From the NCBI GenBank assembly GCA_963784375.1, contig CAWAQY010000005.1:11896-75895 (forward strand): a stretch of DNA of 64,000 bases, given 5' to 3'. The DNA comes from an uncultured Chloroflexia bacterium (GTDB lineage Bacteria > Chloroflexota > Dehalococcoidia > GIF9 > UBA5629). The translations under genes were made by a program, and so were the position numbers. Within the stretch, counting starts at the first letter, position 1. The number at the start of each line of letters is the position of its first letter. The notes under the pieces are model-generated. The model did no database searches. It saw nothing but the letters and a program-made list of their open reading frames with translations, and was not told the DNA's origin. Positions 63,592 through 64,000 of the stretch are shown here, in pieces.

Positions 63592-64000
63592 CTATTGTAC
63601 TGTAACAGTAACTGTTCTAGTCACCGAGCCAGCACTGTTGGTAGCAGTAAGCGTGTAAGTCGTGGTAGCTGTTAGCAGGACCAACATCTACCCCGAACTG
63701 AGACGCAGGACCGATCCCTTGATCAATGGTAACTGACGTTGGGTTTCCCTGTATGTTGTATGCTAAATGGGAATATTGCCCTGAACTAATAGTAGACGGG
63801 GCTGCGGTGAAGCTAACTATCACCGGTAGGCTTCCCGTGCCTATGGTAACAGTTACCTGAGCTGTCACTGAGCCATAACTGTTGCTGGCAGTGAGCGTAT
63901 AGGTGGTGGTTGCTGTAGGATTCACCGTTATCGTTCCAGATGTGGTGCGGAACGGTAATGCCCTGAATAGACACCGTAGTCGCCCCCGTAACCGACCATG
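63592..64000 (-). CDS. Tandem Ig-like-domain secreted protein. The 5' end lies beyond the window and there are at least two frame breaks.
   Basis: ORF 63617..63925 plus hand translation give ..WSVTGATTVSIQGITVP..TSGTITVNPTATTTYTLTASNSYGSVTAQVTVTI..VSFTAAPSTISSGQ..DQGIGP..TATTTYTLTATNSAGSVTRTVTVTVQ* with stop TAG at 63592-63594. Confidence 0.55.

Overview
This is a bacterial chromosomal window. Der/EngA, PlsY-GpsA, LspA, PolA, Fpg, GltX, LeuS, DnaJ-HspR-ClpC and an 11-subunit nuo operon lacking nuoEFG are all present. The gene content suggests a Chloroflexota-like lineage, but that is inference only. Most of the window is housekeeping genes. Three regions stand out. (1) 1.6-17 kb holds a complete euryarchaeal-type archaellum operon: archaellin, coiled-coil protein, ArlD/E-like, ArlF, ArlG, ArlH, ArlI, ArlJ. 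It is surrounded by bacterial signalling genes: an atypical stand-alone receiver immediately upstream of the archaellin, a NarL-type two-component pair, a CheC-type phosphatase and an HD-GYP protein. Two uncharacterised envelope proteins lie downstream of arlJ. (2) 50-58.5 kb holds small accessory islets: a wHTH plus nuclease-like two-gene cassette, a Zn-metallopeptidase/ATP-grasp pair, a duplicated small-membrane-protein/RHH-like module whose second copy is split by a ~400-bp insert, and a PRC-barrel protein. (3) 58.5-64 kb holds a tandem array of at least six paralogous lipoprotein-like genes. They share a near-identical 5' module and conserved leaders but carry three interchangeable 3' domain types. 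Another family member lies at 1-1173. No rRNA, tRNA, CRISPR array, transposase or integrase was recognised. One caveat affects everything: hand translation shows at least 35 reading-frame breaks, including in essential genes (polA, leuS, coaD, most nuo genes). The sequence is therefore probably an unpolished, indel-prone assembly. Several ORF-track entries are fragments of single genes, and pseudogene calls are unsafe. All family assignments are from motif recognition by eye. No searches were run.
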